Source: Euryarchaeota archaeon UBA171
Lineage (GTDB): Archaea > Thermoplasmatota > Poseidoniia > Poseidoniales > Thalassarchaeaceae
Reading direction: 5' to 3'
DNA length: 64,000 nucleotides
Assembly: GCA_002497295.1 (NCBI GenBank)
Contig: DANO01000039.1
Location: forward strand, 16,405 to 80,404
Numbering within the stretch: position 1 is the stretch's first letter; each line of letters begins with the position of its first letter. Positions 59,185-64,000 of the stretch are shown here, in pieces. The position numbers were made by a program, and so were the translations under genes. The notes under the pieces were generated by a model that saw nothing but the letters and a program-made list of their open reading frames with translations, did not search any database and was not told where the DNA came from.

Positions 59185-61392
59185 TCAATCCGAGTAGTAT
59201 GCCTCACCAGGAACCTCTGGTTTGAGGCCCTTTCTCTGACGGATGTCGCCTACAGTCTTCTCAAAGAGATTCATCGGGAGGATGTCGAATCCCGCATTTT
59301 CGGTGTTCCACACAGCCCGGCCTTGGCTTGCTGCGCGTATGTCATTAGAGAATCCGAAGGACTCTCCCACAGGCATCTTACCTATCACTGATGCAGTTCC
59401 CCCATCTACCGGCATATCCTCGATTATTCCCCTTCGATTGGTGACTTCCCTGGTAACGCCGCCGATGACGTCGTTTGGAGCGTCGATTCGTATATTCTGT
59501 ATCGGCTCCAAAATAACAGGCCTCGATCTTACGAGACTGCCTCTTATCGAGTTCCTTACAGCGGGGATCGTCTGTGCAGGGCCTCTGTGTATCGCGTCTT
59601 CATGGAGTTTCGCATCGGTAAGTCTGACCATGACACCCATCAAGGGTTCTTCTGCAAGTGGGCCTTTCTTGCAAACCTCATTGAATCCCTCGATGATTAG
59701 TTCTCGTGTTTCATGTAGATTCTGAATACCCTTGGTATCGTTAACAAGGACGTTTGTCCCATGGATTGCGTATATTTTCCTCATCAGATCTTTCTTCATG
59801 CCATATGCAGCAAATTTATCGCCAACTTCCTTGGAGTCCTTGTTCCTGACTGTACCCTCGCCGAACTCGCCTTCCCTGAGGGCCTGGATGACCTCGGTGG
59901 GCAAGGGTTCTGTTTCTACGTAGAACCTATTATGTCTGTTCGGAGACTTGCCTTCGAATGCCTGACCCTCGTTTTTGGATTGGATGCATTCCCGGTAAAC
60001 AACAATCGGATCGCTTTGCTTGACTTTTATGCCGTGTTCCTCTTCGAGTCTGTAAATTGTAATTTCGAGATGGAGTTCCCCCATCCCTGCCAGAAGTGCT
60101 TCACCAGTCTCGCTGTTGGTGCTAACTTGTAGTGAAGCGTCGGCCTTGGCCAAGCTCGACATAGCACCTATGAACTTCGGCAAGTCTTTCATGGCAATTG
60201 GTTCGATGGCTTTGGTGACAACCGGTTCAGAATAATGCCTTATTGCCTCGAAGGGTGTAGCCTCGGGATCCCTGGTAACTGTGACTCCTGCGGCAGCACT
60301 TCTGATTCCTGTGATTGCAGCAATGTTGCCAGCGGTCACGGAAGGCACTGATATTCTGTCCCCCCCGACCATCATGGAGACTTGTTGAACCCGCTCGGCT
60401 TTTGCACCACCGAGTGCCCAGACGCTCTCACCCTGCTTAATCTGGCCAGAATAGATACGTCCCACTGCAACTTCACCTGCATGAGGGTCCATCCATATCT
60501 TGGTTATCATTAGAGAAAGAGGGCCATCCTCGTCGCAATCAATCATGGCCTTTCCTTGGACTGAATCAAGATCGCCCTGCCAGATATTTGGTATCCTGTA
60601 AACTTGCGCGACCGATGGAGAAGGTAGTTTGTCTACAGCCATATCCAATAGTACCTCGTGTACGGGGGCTTTCTTTGAGAGTTCTTTCTGCTGATCGTTT
60701 TTACAGTGCTCAAAGATATCGACGAAATTCAACTTAGATTTTGCCATGAATGGTACTGACATTCCCCAGTTGTAGTATGCAGATCCAAAGGCTACGGTCC
60801 CACTCTCGACGGAAACCCTCCATTCCTTCTTGAGCCCCTCTGGAGCGAACGTGGAGATTAGCTTGTTGACTTTAGCAATGATTAGCGAGAAGCGCTCCAT
60901 CATCTCTTTTCCATCAATCTGAAGCTCATTGATCAATCGGTCTACCTTGTTTATGAAAAGAACAGGTCGAACCTTCTCCTTCAAGGCCTGACGTACGACA
61001 GTTTCAGTCTGTGGCATTGTCCCTTCCACCGCGCAGGCGAGGATTATGCATCCATCGACAGCTCGCATTGCACGTGTAACGTCTCCGCCGAAATCAACGT
61101 GCCCAGGTGTATCTATCAGGTTGATGAGGTAGTCTTCACCAGATACGTCGTGCACCATCGATGCGGAAGCAGCGTTGATCGTGATTCCCCTTGCAGACTC
61201 CTGTTCATCGAAATCGAGGACCCTGGACTTCCCAGCCAGATCCTCGGACATCATCCCTGCTCCAGCGATTAGATTGTCCGAAAGAGTTGTCTTGCCATGG
61301 TCGATATGAGCAGCGATTGCTAGATTCCTAATTCGATCTCGGTCATGCATGACCTCAGTTGCTCGCTTGATGTTGTCTTCCTTACGTCCCAT
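59185..61392 (-). CDS. fusA: Translation elongation factor aEF-2
   Basis: AHIDHGKTT, RGITI, DTPGHVDF, NKVD, LHEDAIHRGPAQ (diphthamide His). Confidence 0.98.
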   Translation of the reverse strand: MGRKEDNIKRATEVMHDRDRIRNLAIAAHIDHGKTTLSDNLIAGAGMMSEDLAGKSRVLDFDEQESARGITINAASASMVHDVSGEDYLINLIDTPGHVDFGGDVTRAMRAVDGCIILACAVEGTMPQTETVVRQALKEKVRPVLFINKVDRLINELQIDGKEMMERFSLIIAKVNKLISTFAPEGLKKEWRVSVESGTVAFGSAYYNWGMSVPFMAKSKLNFVDIFEHCKNDQQKELSKKAPVHEVLLDMAVDKLPSPSVAQVYRIPNIWQGDLDSVQGKAMIDCDEDGPLSLMITKIWMDPHAGEVAVGRIYSGQIKQGESVWALGGAKAERVQQVSMMVGGDRISVPSVTAGNIAAITGIRSAAAGVTVTRDPEATPFEAIRHYSEPVVTKAIEPIAMKDLPKFIGAMSSLAKADASLQVSTNSETGEALLAGMGELHLEITIYRLEEEHGIKVKQSDPIVVYRECIQSKNEGQAFEGKSPNRHNRFYVETEPLPTEVIQALREGEFGEGTVRNKDSKEVGDKFAAYGMKKDLMRKIYAIHGTNVLVNDTKGIQNLHETRELIIEGFNEVCKKGPLAEEPLMGVMVRLTDAKLHEDAIHRGPAQTIPAVRNSIRGSLVRSRPVILEPIQNIRIDAPNDVIGGVTREVTNRRGIIEDMPVDGGTASVIGKMPVGESFGFSNDIRAASQGRAVWNTENAGFDILPMNLFEKTVGDIRQRKGLKPEVPGEAYYSD

Positions 61393-61475
61393 TTAGCACA
61401 CCACTGACGGTTCGGGCCACCTTTGAGTGGTTCATAAAGCCGACCGTTTGGACGTACTCGAAATGAGCGCCTGGA

Positions 61476-62090
61476 TCATCTTGCAGAGGCCGCGATACGC
61501 TCGACTTCCTCTCGTTTCGAAACTGCAAACGAGGCTATGTCTCCCTCGGAAGCCTTGCTAAGTTCGGATACTATCCCTTGCGTCAAGGTTCTGGTACTCT
61601 TCGCTGTGGCTGCAGCGCATCCCTTGGTGAGATTCCTCATAGCAGTGTCGAGCCTCCTGCTGGGAGATGAGTCCACTGCCTTTGGCTGGCTCACAGCACC
61701 GAATTTTATCCTGGTTATCTCCTCACAAGGTGCAGCGTTGACAACTGCATCAATGAAAAGTTGCAAGGGGTTTTCTCCCTTCCTCTCGGCCATTATGTCG
61801 AGTGCTGCCTCGAATGCCTTGGCACAATGCTGCTTTTTACCAGCGTACTTTCCAGTTCTCATGAGGCTGTTGATGAATCGTTCTATGATAGAGAGTTTGG
61901 ATTTTCCAAACCATACTCTGGCATGCCTCCCTCCGGTATGTGGTGTCCCGATTGTAGTGAGGTTGACGTAGGGCGCTAGGCCAGGATCGTTACAGGTCAC
62001 TTCCGTTGCATCCCACTTCCCAAAAACCATGGTTCCTATGCCTGCTATGGCAGCCTGCTGCTCATGCGTCTGAACTTCTTCATCGGACAT
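61476..62090 (-). CDS. rps7: 30S ribosomal protein S7
   Basis: FGKW, PHTGGRH, I.ER.IN.LM, NP.Q, AVD.SP.RR.D, K.EE.ER.A.S.R. Confidence 0.96.
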   Translation of the reverse strand: MSDEEVQTHEQQAAIAGIGTMVFGKWDATEVTCNDPGLAPYVNLTTIGTPHTGGRHARVWFGKSKLSIIERFINSLMRTGKYAGKKQHCAKAFEAALDIMAERKGENPLQLFIDAVVNAAPCEEITRIKFGAVSQPKAVDSSPSRRLDTAMRNLTKGCAAATAKSTRTLTQGIVSELSKASEGDIASFAVSKREEVERIAASAR

Positions 62091-62095
62091 ATTGA

Positions 62096-62536
62096 TCACC
62101 TTACTGGCTTCTCCTTACGTCCCCGGACCATCTCGTCTAGTGAGACGCCATTGACTTTGATGACTTTGAATCTAACACCGGGCAAGTCGCCGTAGGATCT
62201 TCCCATTCGGCCACCTATGCCCTCAACCATGACCTCGTCATGTTCATCGATGAATGATATCGCTCCATCGCCTGGTGCGAATGCAGTCAGTTTGTTCCCA
62301 GTTCGTATTAGGGAGATCTTGACAGCCTTCCTGATACCAGAATTAGGCTGCTTGGCCTCGATCCCGACCTTCTCTATGACTATCCCTTTCGCTTGTGTGC
62401 TGCCCATGAGGGGGTCGTGCTTCAATACCCCTCCAGCTTTGCGCTTATCTTGGCGTTGTTTGAACTTACGTTCCTTCCACCTAAATTTCTTACGATCGCC
62501 CTTCATCTTCGGTCCTGAAAACAACCCTTGACCCAA
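62096..62536 (-). CDS. rps12: 30S ribosomal protein S12
   Basis: [32 protein letters not shown]; likely TTG start 62536 with GGGGTG RBS. Confidence 0.96.
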   Translation of the reverse strand: MGQGLFSGPKMKGDRKKFRWKERKFKQRQDKRKAGGVLKHDPLMGSTQAKGIVIEKVGIEAKQPNSGIRKAVKISLIRTGNKLTAFAPGDGAISFIDEHDEVMVEGIGGRMGRSYGDLPGVRFKVIKVNGVSLDEMVRGRKEKPVR

Positions 62537-62662
62537 GTGAAGCACCCCTAAGCAGGCGAGGCCACCTGCCCGGGGTATAAGAGCGTGACGCAGGGGAGAG
62601 AACTTAGTATCCCGACCATTGGCCCCCTCAACATTCAAGCACACGATGCCAAACCGACCGAC

Positions 62663-63934
62663 ATGGCCTTCAGGGATCTGCTGGGTGGCGCCATCCGCCA
62701 TTCGGAGGCAATATCGGTGAATCACGGGATACTCGACGCTTCTCAATCAGGGGGACACGTGGCAACAGTGTTCGAAAATATATCTGAATGTCCAGGACAT
62801 AGAGCAGCTGCGAATGTCCTAGTTAGGGAAAGGCTGTGCAAAGCGTTCTCAATAGAACCAGGTGAGCTGATCGATATACTAGCGTGGGCCATGGACAATC
62901 CCGAAGAGCCTGTTGAGGTTGACCGCTCTGATGCTGTCGTTCTCCAGAATAGGCAAGATGAGGTTGATCTCCGTGCGATTCCCATACCGTGGCATCATAG
63001 AGCTGACAGGGGAAGGTACCAATCTGCTTCTATCATTATAGCACAGCATGGCGGTACACGGAACGTATCATTTCACAGGCAATTTCTGAGGGATGCCACT
63101 AGCTGCGTTTCGAGATTCGTTCCAAGGCATCTGAAGACAATGGTTGATTCGGCGCACTCGCATGGTAGCGAGGTTTCAGTATGCGTGGTAAATGCACCTG
63201 ATCCCACGGTATTGTTGGCTGCAGCAATGTCATTCACTGAGCATATAGATGAGTTGAAGGTCGCAGCCGCGTTACATAGGAGAATTCACGGTACACCTCT
63301 AAGAGTAGTCACACTTGACAATGGTATTGCTGTTCCTGCTGACGCAGAGTATGCCATGGAAGCGAGGATAACATCAGACAAAAGTGATGAGGGTCCATAT
63401 GTAGATATTACCGGTACCTTGGACGATGTTAGGCAAGAGGCGGTCATAGTCTATGACTCAATCCACCATAGAGACGAACCGGTTTTCCATGCGCTGATAC
63501 CGGCTGAAAGGGAGCACAGGACACTCATGGGGCTCCCGAGGGCGCCTACGATAAAAAAAGCCGTATCAGAAGTTGTCACATGTACCGATGTGCATCTGAC
63601 AGATGGAGGCTCAGGATGGCTATCGGCAGTTGTCCAAATCGTTCCCGAAGAGCCGGGGGACGGGCAGAGGGCTATCGAGGCTGCTATAAAGGGACATGGA
63701 TCCATGAAACAAGTTGTTGTTGTGGACACAGATATTGACATCGCAGACCCTGTCAGAGTCGAATGGGCCCTCATGACAAGGTGGCAGCCAGATCGAGATA
63801 CGGTTATTCTTAGCGATCAGAAAGGCTCGTCATTGGACCCCAGCCGCTATGAAGATGGGAAAACAAGCAAAATAGGCATGGATGCGACCATCAAAGCAGG
63901 AACCGATGATTCAGCATTCAGGAGTGCCGTATGA
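62663..63934 (+). CDS. UbiD-family prenyl-FMN decarboxylase, probably anhydromevalonate phosphate decarboxylase
   Basis: [57 protein letters not shown]. Confidence 0.8.
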   Translation: MAFRDLLGGAIRHSEAISVNHGILDASQSGGHVATVFENISECPGHRAAANVLVRERLCKAFSIEPGELIDILAWAMDNPEEPVEVDRSDAVVLQNRQDEVDLRAIPIPWHHRADRGRYQSASIIIAQHGGTRNVSFHRQFLRDATSCVSRFVPRHLKTMVDSAHSHGSEVSVCVVNAPDPTVLLAAAMSFTEHIDELKVAAALHRRIHGTPLRVVTLDNGIAVPADAEYAMEARITSDKSDEGPYVDITGTLDDVRQEAVIVYDSIHHRDEPVFHALIPAEREHRTLMGLPRAPTIKKAVSEVVTCTDVHLTDGGSGWLSAVVQIVPEEPGDGQRAIEAAIKGHGSMKQVVVVDTDIDIADPVRVEWALMTRWQPDRDTVILSDQKGSSLDPSRYEDGKTSKIGMDATIKAGTDDSAFRSAV

Positions 63935-64000
63935 GCAACTCTGCAGGTAGCACCCTTGAGGAACGACTCCTTCATCCCCGAAGGAGTCTCGGAGACAGAT
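63931..64000 (+). CDS. Start of the next gene, truncated by the window end
   Basis: ATGA overlap with the UbiD stop; [22 protein letters not shown], open to the end. Confidence 0.5.
   Translation, partial: MSNSAGSTLEERLLHPRRSLGDR

Noticed and set aside
62537..62746. Apparent N-terminal extension of S12 overlapping UbiD
   Set aside because: Longest-ORF artefact; TTG 62536 with an RBS gives normal S12, and UbiD likely starts at 62663.
1..64000. CRISPR arrays, rRNA, IS elements, inteins
   Set aside because: No periodic repeats, rRNA-like tracts, transposase motifs or large in-frame inserts were seen by eye; short degenerate elements could have been missed.

Overview
Gene-dense archaeal chromosomal segment. 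Gene content points to a Marine Group II euryarchaeote (Ca. Poseidoniales, Thermoplasmatota); this placement is inference. Archaeal markers include S19e/L39e/L31e/S17e, aEF-2 with the diphthamide His motif, PriS, PAN, MBF1, Tsr3, Kae1 and isopentenyl phosphate kinase, alongside many bacterial-type heterotrophy genes. There are about 62 CDSs and one tRNA-Val(GAC). No CRISPR array, rRNA, IS or integrase was seen. Pathway blocks: preQ0 synthesis (folE-queE-queC-msrB-queD, headed by a small RHH gene with an upstream inverted repeat), THF-dependent histidine degradation, methylmalonyl-CoA mutase/epimerase, futalosine menaquinone genes (mqnD, mqnA, mqnE), isoprenoid genes (IPK, an IDI1-prenyl synthase fusion, a UbiD-family decarboxylase), and FdhD/YdeP with IscA/YgfZ. 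The top finding is a 159-aa protein (43685-44164) that looks like exactly one half of eukaryotic deoxyhypusine hydroxylase (DOHH), an enzyme generally described as absent from archaea; it may act as a homodimer on aIF5A. All calls come from motif recognition by eye; no database searches were run.
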